Shown: positions 31,338 to 42,393 of the stretch, piece after piece
Position numbering within the stretch: position 1 is the first letter of the stretch
How the letters are laid out: every line of letters starts with the position of its first letter
DNA from: Gemmatales bacterium
Lineage (GTDB): Bacteria; Planctomycetota; Planctomycetia; Gemmatales; HRBIN36
Reading direction: 5' to 3'
DNA: 64,000 bases
Assembly: GCA_041640595.1 (NCBI GenBank)
Contig: JBEPZY010000002.1
Span: 532,651-596,650, forward strand
Made by a program: the position numbers and the translations under genes
Notes under the pieces: generated by a model
Told to the model about the DNA's origin: nothing
Databases searched by the model: none
What the model saw: the letters and a program-made list of their open reading frames with translations, nothing else

Positions 31338-32573
31338 GTGGATGCCGAAACCCGTGCTTTGTTGACCTTGCGTTTGGTTGCTGGTCTGGGTCCCCGCTTG
31401 ACGCGGGCACTGATAGAACATTTTGGTTCGGCGCAGAAAGTGTTGCAAGCCAACGCCGAAGCATTTGCCCAGGTGCCACGTCTGCCGAAGAAACTCGCGG
31501 ATGGACTGCTTTTGGCGTTCGAACGAGCACCGCTCGAACAGGAACTGGCCGACATCACCTCCGCCGGGGTACAGGTAATCGGCTGGCACGATCCGGATTA
31601 TCCTGAGGCGCTGCGACCCTTACCCGATGCCCCGCCGCTACTGTACGTGCGTGGCCAGCTCATGCCGAACGAGCCGTGCATTGCGGTAGTCGGCTCGCGT
31701 CTGTGTACCGATTACGGTCGGCGGATCGCCCAGCGCCTGGTCGCCGGTCTGGTGCAGGCAGGTTATACCATTGTCAGCGGACTGGCACGAGGCATTGACG
31801 GCATCGCTCATCAAACCGCCCTGGATCACGGTGGCCGCACGATTGCCGTGTTTGCCGGCGGGCTATTATGCGTTTATCCGCCGGAACACAAAGAACTGGC
31901 GGAACGCATCGTCCGGCAAGGTGCACTGATCAGCGAACAACCCATGCGAATGCCACCGGAACGGGAAATGTTCCCGGCCCGCAATCGGCTCATTAGCGGG
32001 TTGTGTCAGGCCGTCGTGATAGTCGAAGCGGGAGAGCGTAGCGGAGCGTTGATCACCGCTCGACACGCGGCAGAGCAAGGCCGGGAAGTGTTTGTTGTGC
32101 CGGGCCCGGTAGATAGCCCGACCGCAGGCGGCATCGTGCATTTATTACGCCAAGGTGCCACTCCTGTCCGGGATGCTGGCGAAATTTTGGAAATACTCCG
32201 ACAAAAACCGATCGGCGATCGCCAGGGCATTTTGTTTGTCTCGGCGAGCAGCGGCTCGTCCGCCGCAACGTCTCGGAGCACGGTGGGTGTCAAACCGAAT
32301 ACAGGCGCTGCTCTCACCGGCATGAGCAACACCGAACCCGCCAGTGCCCCCCAGGTTGGGGCTAGGCCGAGTCCGAATGCTTCTCTGCTCGCGGGTCTGC
32401 CCGACTATGCACGGAAACTGTACGACGCTTTGACTGCGGAACCGCAGGACGCCGATGGTTTGGCCGAGAAAACCGGCCTGTCTGCTCAGGAGCTTGGTCG
32501 GGCAGTGGTGCAACTCGAATTGCTCGGCTTACTGCGACGCTGGCCAGGAAACCGGCTTACTCGCTTGCCGTGA
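31338..32573 (+). CDS. dprA: DNA-processing protein DprA
   Basis: AVVGSR, IVSGLARGID, FPARNRLISG, EAGERSGALITA and a C-terminal winged helix. Confidence 0.95.
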   Translation: MDAETRALLTLRLVAGLGPRLTRALIEHFGSAQKVLQANAEAFAQVPRLPKKLADGLLLAFERAPLEQELADITSAGVQVIGWHDPDYPEALRPLPDAPPLLYVRGQLMPNEPCIAVVGSRLCTDYGRRIAQRLVAGLVQAGYTIVSGLARGIDGIAHQTALDHGGRTIAVFAGGLLCVYPPEHKELAERIVRQGALISEQPMRMPPEREMFPARNRLISGLCQAVVIVEAGERSGALITARHAAEQGREVFVVPGPVDSPTAGGIVHLLRQGATPVRDAGEILEILRQKPIGDRQGILFVSASSGSSAATSRSTVGVKPNTGAALTGMSNTEPASAPQVGARPSPNASLLAGLPDYARKLYDALTAEPQDADGLAEKTGLSAQELGRAVVQLELLGLLRRWPGNRLTRLP

Positions 32574-32712
32574 AGCAGGAAGCTTCACGCAACCGACTGG
32601 CACGGGAAGGCTCACACAGTAACCTGCACATGGAAGCGACGGGGATTTACGATGCCGACCAGCAGGCACAGAAGACTTACGCTTCCCGCTCTGAACACGA
32701 TGCAGAATTCTT

Positions 32713-33924
32713 ATGCCTAGCGTTGGTGCTCGCTGGCTGTTTGACGGTCTAGAGCGCGTCATCCAGGACGCTTTGCTGGTTTGGGAACAGGAGCGGATCG
32801 TAGGAGTTTATCCAGGGCAACGCCGATTGGCCCAGCGCGACCTTGGCGACGCCATTCTCCTGCCCGGTCTGGTCAACGCCCACACTCACCTCGACCTCTC
32901 CGCCATGCAAGCCGGGCAGTTTCCCGGTGACGCCTGGTCCTGGTTGAACCGTGTGATTGAATATCGCCGCCAGTGCTCGCCGGAAAGTGTGAGGCAAGCG
33001 GTGCAGCAAGGCATCACCGAATCACTGCGGTATGGCGTAACTCTGGTCGGCGACATTGCTGCCAGTGGCGAAGCAGTCGCTACCCTGGCCCAATCGCCGT
33101 TACGAGCGACCATCTTTTGCGAAATTCTCGGCCTGTCGAAAACTCGAGCCCGCCAATCCTGGCAGCACGCGAAAACCATCGTATCGCAAGCCGTGGTCAG
33201 TACCCAGTGTCGTTACGGATTGAGTCCGCACGCTCCCTATTCGACCCGCCGAGGTTTATTCCGACTGGCCGCGCGACAGAATCTTCCCGTGGCAGTGCAT
33301 CTGGCCGAGTTCCGCGAGGAGCAGTCGTTACTGGAATCGCGAAGCGGGCCGTTTCGCCACTGGCTCGAACAACTCGGCGTCTGGGACGCAGGCGGTCTGT
33401 GCGCTGGCTATGGGCAAATCCTGGACATGCTGCGATCGGCACCACGAGTGATTTTCATTCACCTCAACTATCCCACCGGGGAGTTACTGGAGCGACTGGC
33501 CAACTGGTCGGGCCGGGCGGGTGTCGTGTTTTGTCCGCGCACCCATGCATACTTCGGACATGCACCGCATTCCTGGCCGGAGTTACTCCGTCGCGGTATT
33601 CCCGTAGCCATCGGCACCGATAGCCGTGCTTCCAGTCCGGATTTGAGCATTTTGGGAGAACTGCGTTTTGTCTGGCAAAACTCACCGACAGTGCCCGCCT
33701 GGCAGTTGTGGCGTCTGGCCACTTCCGAAGCAGCGGCAATGCTCGGCTGGCCGGAAACCGGTGCCCTGGTTTCCGGTCGCCTTGCCGATTTTATTGCCAT
33801 TCCGCTCCATTGTCGCACTGGCGCCGACCCGTTACAAACGCTTCTGGAAACGGACACCCTTCCCAGCCTGGTGTGCATCAACGGTAGAATCATTTTCGAT
33901 GCCGCGGGAGCTGGTATCACCTAG
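32713..33924 (+). CDS. Metal-dependent amidohydrolase (deaminase-like)
   Basis: PGLVNAHTHL, SPHAPYS, HLAE and GTDS motifs. Confidence 0.88.
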   Translation: MPSVGARWLFDGLERVIQDALLVWEQERIVGVYPGQRRLAQRDLGDAILLPGLVNAHTHLDLSAMQAGQFPGDAWSWLNRVIEYRRQCSPESVRQAVQQGITESLRYGVTLVGDIAASGEAVATLAQSPLRATIFCEILGLSKTRARQSWQHAKTIVSQAVVSTQCRYGLSPHAPYSTRRGLFRLAARQNLPVAVHLAEFREEQSLLESRSGPFRHWLEQLGVWDAGGLCAGYGQILDMLRSAPRVIFIHLNYPTGELLERLANWSGRAGVVFCPRTHAYFGHAPHSWPELLRRGIPVAIGTDSRASSPDLSILGELRFVWQNSPTVPAWQLWRLATSEAAAMLGWPETGALVSGRLADFIAIPLHCRTGADPLQTLLETDTLPSLVCINGRIIFDAAGAGIT

Positions 33925-34031
33925 GCGGAATGTCTCGCAACAGCGCCAGGCTATGCAAACGGACGTGATTGTCCCTATGATACCACGGGAAAGCTGCCTG
34001 GTTGGGCCTGGTAATTTCGGGAGTCGTAACC

Positions 34032-35375
34032 ATGACCATGAGCTTGAAAGGAAACGCTATCATCGCGCAATCGGGCGGGCCAACCGCTGTGATTAATGCC
34101 ACCGCTTATGGTATTCTGACGCAACTGCGGCAATACGATTGCGTGCGGACTATTTATGGGGCAAGCCACGGCATTTTGGGAGTGCTGCGGGAGGAATTGT
34201 TCGACTTTTCCTCCGAGTCGCCCCAGGCCATCGAAGCGCTGGCCTGGACGCCGGCAGCGGCTATCGGGTCGTGCCGCTATAAGGTGCGGGAACGCGATTA
34301 CAATCGCATTCTGGAGGTATTTGCGGCCCACGACATCCGTTATTTCTTCTACATCGGCGGTAACGATTCGGCGGACACGGCTTTGCAGGTGCACCAGCTG
34401 GCCCGAAACCGCGGTTACGATCTGCGTGTGCTGGGCGTGATGAAAACCATTGACAACGACCTGATGGAAACTGACCACTGTCCAGGCTACGGTAGCGCTG
34501 CCAAATATGTGGCAACAGCTGTGCGTGAAGCCGGACTCGATGCCGAAGCTATGTGTACGCAGCACCAGGTGGTGCTCGTCGAAACCATGGGACGGAATGC
34601 CGGCTGGTTAGCTGCTGCCGCAGGCCTGGCACGCACCACCGACGAAGAAGCACCCCATCTCATTCTGTTTCCCGAACGGCCTTTCCAGCTGGATCGTTTT
34701 CTGGGCGATCTGGAAAAGGAATTGCGCCGCCGACATGTAGTCTTTGTGGCCGTCAGCGAAGGGCTTCGCACGGAGAATGGTCAGTACCTGTCGGAAATGT
34801 TCGCGCAGCTGCTCAGGGACAGCGAAAGACCCGAGACGCAGAAAGATCATTTCGGTCACATTCAACTCGGTGGAGCCGCTGCTTATCTCCACTATCAGAT
34901 TCAGCAAAGGCTGCGAATCGCCAGCACTCGCGTTTTCACCGCCGGGCTGTACCAGGGCAAAGCAGATGACCCTGTGCGAAGCCGTTACAACCTGCCGGGC
35001 ACCCAGCAGCGAAACGCGGCACACTGGATGTCGCTTACCGACCGCGATGAGGCTATGCGATGCGGTCAGGCGGCAGTGGTTTACGCTATCGAGGGGCAGA
35101 GCGGCTACACTATTGGCCTGAAGCGGATCAGTGACGATCCTTATCGGGCAGAGCCGACGCTTATCGAACTCGGCAAGGTGGCGAACCTGACACGCCGCTT
35201 GCCCGAGAATTTCATAGACGCCAGCGGGTACTTCATCAGCGATGCTTTTCGACGTTATGCCCGGCCGCTGTTGCAGGGGCGCGTGGAGGTCCCAGAGGAT
35301 GAGTACGGTTTGCCCCGCTATGCTCGCCTGGAAAAAAGGCCAATCGCCAAGAAATTACCGCCCTGGCAGGTGTAA
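34032..35375 (+). CDS. pfp: 6-phosphofructokinase, probably PPi-dependent
   Basis: QSGGPTAVIN; GGND and KTIDND carry the PPi-type Asp/Lys signature; ETMGR. Confidence 0.85.
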   Translation: MTMSLKGNAIIAQSGGPTAVINATAYGILTQLRQYDCVRTIYGASHGILGVLREELFDFSSESPQAIEALAWTPAAAIGSCRYKVRERDYNRILEVFAAHDIRYFFYIGGNDSADTALQVHQLARNRGYDLRVLGVMKTIDNDLMETDHCPGYGSAAKYVATAVREAGLDAEAMCTQHQVVLVETMGRNAGWLAAAAGLARTTDEEAPHLILFPERPFQLDRFLGDLEKELRRRHVVFVAVSEGLRTENGQYLSEMFAQLLRDSERPETQKDHFGHIQLGGAAAYLHYQIQQRLRIASTRVFTAGLYQGKADDPVRSRYNLPGTQQRNAAHWMSLTDRDEAMRCGQAAVVYAIEGQSGYTIGLKRISDDPYRAEPTLIELGKVANLTRRLPENFIDASGYFISDAFRRYARPLLQGRVEVPEDEYGLPRYARLEKRPIAKKLPPWQV

Positions 35376-35564
35376 GAGACGTGCAGGCGGAAATCCTATC
35401 GCTTGCCGTTGGACCTGCATCTAACACTTTTTTTGAGCGTTTGCGATTGCATCGGGCTTGGGTAAACTCTATAGAAACACAGACGATTCCAGCATTGCGG
35501 TAAGGCCAGAGAAAGTCCTCTTTTACCAGAAGCGCCGGGCTCGCCGACTACAAAAGGAAGGTAC

Positions 35565-37040
35565 ATGAAAGAACTGCGATTTCGGCTACCGGCGAACTTG
35601 CCGTCGGCAGCACGTTCCGGGCTTCAGCACGCTTATCTGACGTATGGTGCGGAAAGTTACCCGATTCCCAGCCGTGCTGAGGTTACCGAGGGAGAACTGG
35701 TTTTGCGGACAGCGGAACGAATCGCTCCTTTCAGCGCTTGCATTCCCTGGTCGGCGATGGGCGAAGTGTGGATGTTGAGTACCACGACGTTACTTCCTTC
35801 GCCTCAACCTTACGATTTGCTCCGAGAACTGGCTCGTGGTCAGTTGTACCGGATACGTGAGGCCATCGAGGATTGGAGCGAAGTGGAACCGGAGCTGATG
35901 GCGGAATTGCGCACCCGGTTACGGCAGGGAGTAAGCGAACTGCTGCTTTCTGCCGAGCCGCATTCCGAGGCTTCTCAGGCGCTTGCAGAACATGCTCTGA
36001 TGACCGCGCTGGAACTCAGTCGGGAGTGGACGCTGAAGGTATCCCAGCGGCTCACGCCCATCCGTCAGCAACGACGACCGGTGCCGTTTTATCTGTGCTG
36101 GTCGGCTCGGACACCACCGGCCAAGGAGTATGAGCAGCTACGCGAAAGTTTCCAGGGTGTGCGGATACCGATTCCCTTCAATCCTTCCCTGCTGGAAAGC
36201 GAGGACTTCTGGCGTCAGCAGGAGCGGCTAATCGCCTGGTGGCAACAACAGGGTTGGCCTGTGTGCGTGGGGCCGCTTTTCGATTTTGCCTCCGATTCCT
36301 TTCACAAACACTGGTGGTCGGACAATCCAGCACATGGAACCGTGCTGGAGCGGGCGATCTGGTTTTTGACTCGGGCAGTGCATCGCTGGGGCGAGGCGGT
36401 GCAGGATTGGTATGTCGTCGCGTCGGCCAACTTTTTGCCTTCCGCTCGCAGTCTCGAAGACGGCCTGGCTGTTCTGGAGCAGTTGTTACGCCCGGTGCGA
36501 CGACTGCTGGCAGGCAAACGTGTCCGTCTGGGTCTGGCGCAACCCTGGGGAGAGCGAGCCGCTCGATTTCCAGAACAGCCCATACCGCTGCTTCTGGCTG
36601 ATTGGATTGCTCGTGCCGATACGGGCATCACCACCATAGACCTGGAAGTGATCTTTGGCTGCGAACCGCGTGGAACCTGGTTGCGTCCACCTGTGAGCAT
36701 CCAGCTTCTGCTGGAGCGATTTGCAGAAGTGCCCCTCGAACTGGAGATTTCTTTCGGACTACCCGCAGCGACCCAGACCGATCCACTGGCCGATCCGCCT
36801 GACCAGAACATTTTTGAACCAGCCTCGGAGTCCTGGCAAGCGGCATGGGCGGGGACATTACTTGACCTGGGATTGGCACAACCGAAAGTGCAGCGAATCA
36901 CCTGGTTGGATGCCAGCGATACCGCACCCCATCTGGTGCCGCACGGCGGTTTGTTCGATGCTCATGGGCAACCGCGACCGGTGCTGGCGGAGTTTCGCCG
37001 GCGCCGAGCTGGCATGAACCCTTCCAAAGTGCCAGCATAA
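35565..37040 (+). CDS. Hypothetical protein, weakly GH10/TIM-barrel-like
   Basis: 491-aa ORF with RBS AAGGAAGG; ELARG.L and GLFD..G.PRP are reminiscent of planctomycete GH10-like proteins. Confidence 0.6.
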   Translation: MKELRFRLPANLPSAARSGLQHAYLTYGAESYPIPSRAEVTEGELVLRTAERIAPFSACIPWSAMGEVWMLSTTTLLPSPQPYDLLRELARGQLYRIREAIEDWSEVEPELMAELRTRLRQGVSELLLSAEPHSEASQALAEHALMTALELSREWTLKVSQRLTPIRQQRRPVPFYLCWSARTPPAKEYEQLRESFQGVRIPIPFNPSLLESEDFWRQQERLIAWWQQQGWPVCVGPLFDFASDSFHKHWWSDNPAHGTVLERAIWFLTRAVHRWGEAVQDWYVVASANFLPSARSLEDGLAVLEQLLRPVRRLLAGKRVRLGLAQPWGERAARFPEQPIPLLLADWIARADTGITTIDLEVIFGCEPRGTWLRPPVSIQLLLERFAEVPLELEISFGLPAATQTDPLADPPDQNIFEPASESWQAAWAGTLLDLGLAQPKVQRITWLDASDTAPHLVPHGGLFDAHGQPRPVLAEFRRRRAGMNPSKVPA

Positions 37041-37115
37041 TGTCACTCGGCACAACCCTCTCCATGAGGCAAAGGAAGGTCAGGAAGGCTGCTGCTTTTG
37101 GTTCAGGAGGACGCG

Positions 37116-37598
37116 ATGCGGGCGATGGCTTTCGTCCTGGCCGGGCTGCTCTCCGGTATCCTGAGCGGATTATTCGGCATTGGCGGCGGAATTTTGCTCA
37201 TCCCGATTCTGATTTACATATTCGGTTTCAATCAGCACGAAGCCCAGGGGACAACGCTGGCGGCGATGATTCCGCCTATCGGTTTGTTTGCGGCGATTGA
37301 ATACTATCGCCACGGCCAGATGCGGCTGGAGGCGGTGCCCGGGATCATCCTCGGTTTTGCCGTGGGAGCTTACCTGGGTGCCGTGTTGGCGCCGCAGATC
37401 GCGGGGGTGTGGTTGCGGCGTGGTTTCGGTTTGCTGTTATGCTATGTCGGCATAGATTTCCTTTTGACCGACCTGTTGCCGGGGCGGTTCTGGCCAGCGG
37501 CATTGGTGACCGCAGTGCTGGGCCTGGTGGCTGGGAAATGGTGGCGCCACCGCGGGTCACCTACTCCCTCAACTTCTCACACGCCACCTCAAGAGTAG
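37116..37598 (+). CDS. TauE/SafE (TSUP) family membrane protein
   Basis: GILSGLFGIGGGILLIP and AQGTTL; RBS AGGAGG. Confidence 0.85.
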   Translation: MRAMAFVLAGLLSGILSGLFGIGGGILLIPILIYIFGFNQHEAQGTTLAAMIPPIGLFAAIEYYRHGQMRLEAVPGIILGFAVGAYLGAVLAPQIAGVWLRRGFGLLLCYVGIDFLLTDLLPGRFWPAALVTAVLGLVAGKWWRHRGSPTPSTSHTPPQE

Positions 37599-37660
37599 CT
37601 GGCCGCGTTTTTTCACCGTCCGCAACCGGGAGGAACTTCCGCCTCGCCCGACCGGCCAGC

Positions 37661-38698
37661 TCAATTGAATAAATCGCCCTGGGATTGGGGCGATCTTTCG
37701 CCGGGAAGCGGTCGGCCAAGATGGGCGTATGCCTTGGGCGTAGCCAGTCGGCCGCGCGGTGTCCGCACGATAAACTGCGCCCGCAGCAGATACGGTTCGA
37801 TCTCTTCCGCCAGGGTATCCTGAGCCAGATTGAGTGTGGCGCTGAGCGCTTCGACCCCTACGGGTCCACCACCGAACACGTCCAGCAACACTTCCAGGTA
37901 GCGTCGGTCCTGGCGGTCGAGTCCGGCAATATCAATTTCAGCCATTTCCAGCGCAGCGCGGGCAATGGATAAAGTAATGGCTCCTTCATGTTCGCTGGCG
38001 GCATAGTGGCGTGCCCACCAGAGTCGGGCATTGGCCAGACGGGGTGTGCCTCGACTGCGGCGGGCGATTTCCCAGGCGGCTTCTTCTTCAATGGGCGTTT
38101 GCAATTTGCGAGCATTAATGCGGATAATCTCGGCCAGCTCGTCGTCGCTGTAAAATTCGAGATGCTCGTGCATCTTGAAGCGGTCTCGTAAAGGCCCGCT
38201 GAGCATACCGCTGCGGGTGGTGGCACCGATCAGCGTGAACCGTTTCAGCGGCAAGGACACCGTTCGCGCATGCAAACCTTCGCCCAGCACCAAATCCACA
38301 CGAAAATCCTCCATCGCCGAGTAGAGGAACTCTTCGACCACGCGCGGCAAACGGTGGATTTCGTCAATGAACAGGATCGAGCCTTCTTCAGCATTGGTGA
38401 GGTAGGGCATCAGATCGGCCGGTTTCGTCAGTGCCGGGCCGGAGGTCATCTGAATCGTGGTGCCCAGTTCGTTAGGAATGACCGTAGCAAACGTGGTTTT
38501 GCCGAGGCCAGGCGGGCCATCGAACAGAATATGCGAGAGCGGCTCGCCCAGTTTTTTGCAGGCGTTGATGGCGATGCGGAGACGTTCCACCACCGCTTTC
38601 TGGCCGATGACTTCGCTCAGCCGTCTTGGGCGTAGTGCATCGTCGCGGGCTCGGGTTTCGGCATCGAGACCGCTTTTCAAGATCGGTTCGCGGGGCAT
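37661..38698 (-). CDS. ruvB: Holliday junction branch migration helicase RuvB
   Basis: LRP..L.E.IGQ, GPPGLGKTT, FIDEIHR, GATTR.G, SRGTPR and RTPRGR. Confidence 0.97.
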   Translation of the reverse strand: MPREPILKSGLDAETRARDDALRPRRLSEVIGQKAVVERLRIAINACKKLGEPLSHILFDGPPGLGKTTFATVIPNELGTTIQMTSGPALTKPADLMPYLTNAEEGSILFIDEIHRLPRVVEEFLYSAMEDFRVDLVLGEGLHARTVSLPLKRFTLIGATTRSGMLSGPLRDRFKMHEHLEFYSDDELAEIIRINARKLQTPIEEEAAWEIARRSRGTPRLANARLWWARHYAASEHEGAITLSIARAALEMAEIDIAGLDRQDRRYLEVLLDVFGGGPVGVEALSATLNLAQDTLAEEIEPYLLRAQFIVRTPRGRLATPKAYAHLGRPLPGERSPQSQGDLFN

Positions 38699-38881
38699 GA
38701 GCGTGTGCCTCCTTCGGCGCTATTGTAGTGCCCGTGAGCCATGGACTGGGCAACATGATCTCCGTCGGCAATCTGGCCGGAAGCGTTGCTTTCCGTATCT
38801 TCACGCCAGAAGTGGCGGGACCAGGCCAAGCATGGCCGCTCGATTTCACCAGTTCCCGCAACAACACCAGGAGCTTCCACC

Positions 38882-40000
38882 ATGTCGAAGGCACCTGATT
38901 TTAGCCAGAGCACTTCGCGCCTGGCCTGCCGCTCCAGCCGCGAAGTGCCATTGCTGCCCGACCGATTCGATCGCCGGCGTTTCCTGGCCGCCGGTCTGGC
39001 CTTTGTGGGAGGAATGGTAATGGGACGCGATTACGGCCCCAACGCTCCACCGGTGCGCTATCCCGATCCGGACATCGTCGTGCTCGACAAACGCTTCGCC
39101 AGGTACAAGATCGGCAACACGGCCATTCAACGCCTCTGCACGGGCATGCTCTGGGCGGAAGGCCCGGCCTGGAACGGTGTCGGCAAGTATCTGGTCTGGA
39201 GCGATATTCCCAATGATCGCCAGTTCCGCTGGCTCGACGAAGACGGTCACGTCAGCGTTTTTCGCAAGCCCGCTGGTTATAGCAACGGCAACACCTTCGA
39301 CTACCAGGGCCGGCAGATTTCCTGCGAACATGGCAATCGCCGCGTGGTTCGCTATGAGTACGACGGCACGGTCACCGTCCTGGCTGACAAATTCCAGGGC
39401 AAACCCCTCAACGCTCCCAACGACGTGGTTGTTCATCCCGACGGCGGCATCTGGTTTACCGATCCCGGTTACGGCAGCCTGATGAACTACGAAGGGCACA
39501 AGGGCGAACTCCTGCTCAAGGAAGCCATCTACCGCATTGACCCGCAGACCGGCAAAATCGAAAAAATGACCGACGAAATGTACAAGCCGAACGGATTGTG
39601 CTTCTCGCCGGATTACAAGCTGCTCTACGTGGCGGAAACCGGAGCATCGCATTATGAAAAAGCGCCCCGCAACATCATGGTGTTCGAGGTCAAGGACGGA
39701 AAAAAACTCGGCAAGGGACGTGAGTTTGTCTCGATGGAAATGGACGGCAAAGCGGGTTTGGCCGACGGTATTCGCTGCGATATTGATGGCAACGTCTGGG
39801 CGTCGGCTGGCTGGGTGGGCGAGGGTTACGATGGCGTACACATTTTCGCTCCCGATGGCACGCGCATCGGTCTGATTCGCCTGCCGGAAATCTGCAGCAA
39901 TGTCTGTTTCGGCGGACCGAAACGCAACCGCTTGTTCATGACCGCCAGTCAATCGCTTTATGCCGTTTACGTAGAAACTCGGGGCGCCCATATTTGCTGA
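38882..40000 (+). CDS. SMP-30/gluconolactonase family protein, Tat-exported
   Basis: RRRFL; WAEGPAW, NAPNDVV, PNGLCFSPD and DGIRCD; start uncertain. Confidence 0.9.
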   Translation: MSKAPDFSQSTSRLACRSSREVPLLPDRFDRRRFLAAGLAFVGGMVMGRDYGPNAPPVRYPDPDIVVLDKRFARYKIGNTAIQRLCTGMLWAEGPAWNGVGKYLVWSDIPNDRQFRWLDEDGHVSVFRKPAGYSNGNTFDYQGRQISCEHGNRRVVRYEYDGTVTVLADKFQGKPLNAPNDVVVHPDGGIWFTDPGYGSLMNYEGHKGELLLKEAIYRIDPQTGKIEKMTDEMYKPNGLCFSPDYKLLYVAETGASHYEKAPRNIMVFEVKDGKKLGKGREFVSMEMDGKAGLADGIRCDIDGNVWASAGWVGEGYDGVHIFAPDGTRIGLIRLPEICSNVCFGGPKRNRLFMTASQSLYAVYVETRGAHIC

Positions 40001-40140
40001 CCGGTCGTTATGGCGCAAGGGCAGCGGAGGTCGCTCCGGCGAATCAGCACGAATCCGCTGAGGTAGCTGGCTCCCCCGAACTTTCGGCGCTGAGCGTCTG
40101 ACTAAAATCAGCGGCTAACCGCTCCGCTATACTAATCGCT

Positions 40141-40980
40141 ATGGTCGAGAATGCCCCTATCCTGACGCTGCAACACGCCGGCCTGACGATTGAAGGCTAT
40201 TCCCGGGCCGCGGTGCAAACTTACTGGCGAATCCCCGAATTGAAGATCGGCTTCGATCTGGGTGCCCAGCCGTGGGACTTCATGAACATGCCCACCTGGC
40301 TGATTACCCATACGCACCTGGATCACGCTGCCTGTCTGCCGGTGTATATAGCCCGACGGCGAATGATGCGGATGGAACCACCAGCAATTTATTTACCCGC
40401 GGAATGCCTGGAGTGGACACAACGCTTATTGCGGGTCTGGCAGCATCTGGATCGTGGTCGGCTCACCTGTCAGCTCCATGGCGTGTCACCCGGCGACGAA
40501 ATCGAATTGACACGCGAATATGTCATCGGCGTCTTTCGCACTGCCCACACTGTCCCTTCCGTCGGATACCTGGTCTGGAATCGCCGGCACAAGCTCAAAC
40601 CCGAATATCACGGCCTGCCCGGTGAGAAAATTCGTGATCTGCGGCTCAGCGGGGTGGAAGTGACCCGCGAGGTACGCACACCAGTACTGGCCTACACCGG
40701 CGACACCAGTCCGGAAGTCTTCGACCTCTACCCAACGCTCTACGACGCCAAAATCCTGATTACCGAGCTGAGTTTCATCCTGCCCTCGCACAAAAAGGAC
40801 AAGATTCACAAGTTCGGCCACATGCATCTGGACGACTTGCTGGAACGGGCAGACCGCTTCCGCAACGAAGTGATCATCGTCGGCCACTTCAGCACTCGTT
40901 ATCATCCCCAACAGGTGCATCGCTATCTGGAAAAACGCCTGCCCGATCATTTGAAAAGCCGCATCAAAATCTGGATATAA
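40141..40980 (+). CDS. Metallo-beta-lactamase-fold hydrolase (RNase Z-like)
   Basis: THTHLDH, H.VPS.GY, YTGDT and HFS.RY. Confidence 0.85.
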   Translation: MVENAPILTLQHAGLTIEGYSRAAVQTYWRIPELKIGFDLGAQPWDFMNMPTWLITHTHLDHAACLPVYIARRRMMRMEPPAIYLPAECLEWTQRLLRVWQHLDRGRLTCQLHGVSPGDEIELTREYVIGVFRTAHTVPSVGYLVWNRRHKLKPEYHGLPGEKIRDLRLSGVEVTREVRTPVLAYTGDTSPEVFDLYPTLYDAKILITELSFILPSHKKDKIHKFGHMHLDDLLERADRFRNEVIIVGHFSTRYHPQQVHRYLEKRLPDHLKSRIKIWI

Positions 40981-41190
40981 TTGCCGTTCCGATCGTGGAA
41001 AGGAATCCGCATGTCCTTCCTGCCCACGGATGAGCCAATACCGATCTTCAGTGCAGATTCGGCACAATACCCGGCACCGTTTCCGTTCAGCGAGTTCGGG
41101 GATCAGTCACTTGCGCCTCAATCGGCTGAATCCGACTGGTGCGAAATCGCCTTCGGGCCGCTGGAACGTCTGCACACTCTGGTAACACTC

Positions 41191-42147
41191 ATGGCACGCA
41201 TGCCTCGGGAACCTTCACCTCTGATGGTCGGCCGATGTCGGCTGGGGTTGTGCTGTTTGTTTGTAGGTGTGGCGGAGGTGCGTTTCCGGACGACCACTGC
41301 GACAATCCTCAGCAAATTACCCAGCGCTGCCGCATGGCACCGCTTATGCGCTCTGGCAGAGCACAATGCGAAGATGCTGCGGTTAGCACTGGGGCATTGT
41401 CAGCGGTTGGGCATTCGTGCCTTTCGTGTCAGCAGCGATCTGCTCCCGCTGGCTACTCACGAACAATTCGCCTATCGGTTGGCCGATTTGCCTGTGCGTA
41501 CTCGCCACCATCTGGCCGCGGCTGGGCGTTTCGCTGCCGAACACGGGATTCGGCTCAGTTTCCATCCGGATCAGTTCGTGCTGCTCAACAGTCCGCGACC
41601 GGAAGTGGTGCAGGCGGCGATTCGCGACCTGGTCATGCACGCTGAGTTAGCCGAGGTGCTCGGTGCCGACGTGATCAATATCCACGCTGGCGGCGCTTAC
41701 GGGGACAAAGCAGAAGCACTGCGCCGATTAGCCCATCACATCGAACGTCTGCCCGTATCCATTCGCCGGCGTTTAACGCTGGAAAACGACGACCATATCT
41801 ACACGGTGCGCGATCTGTTGCCGATTTGCCGGAGTTTGCAGATACCGCTGGTTTACGACGTACATCATCACCGTTGCAATCCGGATGACCTGAGCGTCGA
41901 GCGGGCGACCGAATTGGCCTGGAGCACCTGGGATCGTGAGCCGATTTTCCACATTTCCAGTCCCCGCGGCGGTTGGCGAAGCCGGGATCCCGCTCGTCAT
42001 GCCGATTACATCCAACCCGCCGATTTCCCTGCCTGCTGGCAACGCCTGGCCATGACGGTTGACGTGGAGGCCAAAGCCAAGGAGAAAGCGTTATTGCGTC
42101 TTGCCCGCGCTTACCAGTCCGGATCGGAGAAGTTGCGGTCAGGCTAA
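41191..42147 (+). CDS. uvsE: UV damage endonuclease
   Basis: FRVSS, SFHPDQF, IHAGG.YGDK, LENDD, DVHHH, HADY and VEAKAKE; start uncertain (41191 or 41224). Confidence 0.93.
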   Translation: MARMPREPSPLMVGRCRLGLCCLFVGVAEVRFRTTTATILSKLPSAAAWHRLCALAEHNAKMLRLALGHCQRLGIRAFRVSSDLLPLATHEQFAYRLADLPVRTRHHLAAAGRFAAEHGIRLSFHPDQFVLLNSPRPEVVQAAIRDLVMHAELAEVLGADVINIHAGGAYGDKAEALRRLAHHIERLPVSIRRRLTLENDDHIYTVRDLLPICRSLQIPLVYDVHHHRCNPDDLSVERATELAWSTWDREPIFHISSPRGGWRSRDPARHADYIQPADFPACWQRLAMTVDVEAKAKEKALLRLARAYQSGSEKLRSG

Positions 42148-42393
42148 TGGACTGGTCAGGCTCCTGGTCAGGTCGAGGCTCGCTTGTTACACTGGCAAGA
42201 GGGGAGCACCCCGACCGAGGGCAGCACATTGGCGTAAACCATGCTGCAATAACGCCGTCGGCAGGTCAATTTCTCACGATTTGAGATCGGCAGATTGGTG
42301 CAAGCGAGGCAACCGGAAGCGTTAAGGTTGACAACAGACTAACCGCCACCTGCTGGCGATAGGCGGGCGTATGGCGCGAGTGGGAAGTCGAAG

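Noticed and set aside
32570..32752. 60-aa ORF between dprA and the amidohydrolase
   Set aside because: No motif, and it overlaps the amidohydrolase start; unsupported.
31338..42147. dprA, ruvB and uvsE as a DNA uptake/repair island
   Set aside because: They are interspersed with unrelated genes on both strands, which is ordinary scattered gene order.
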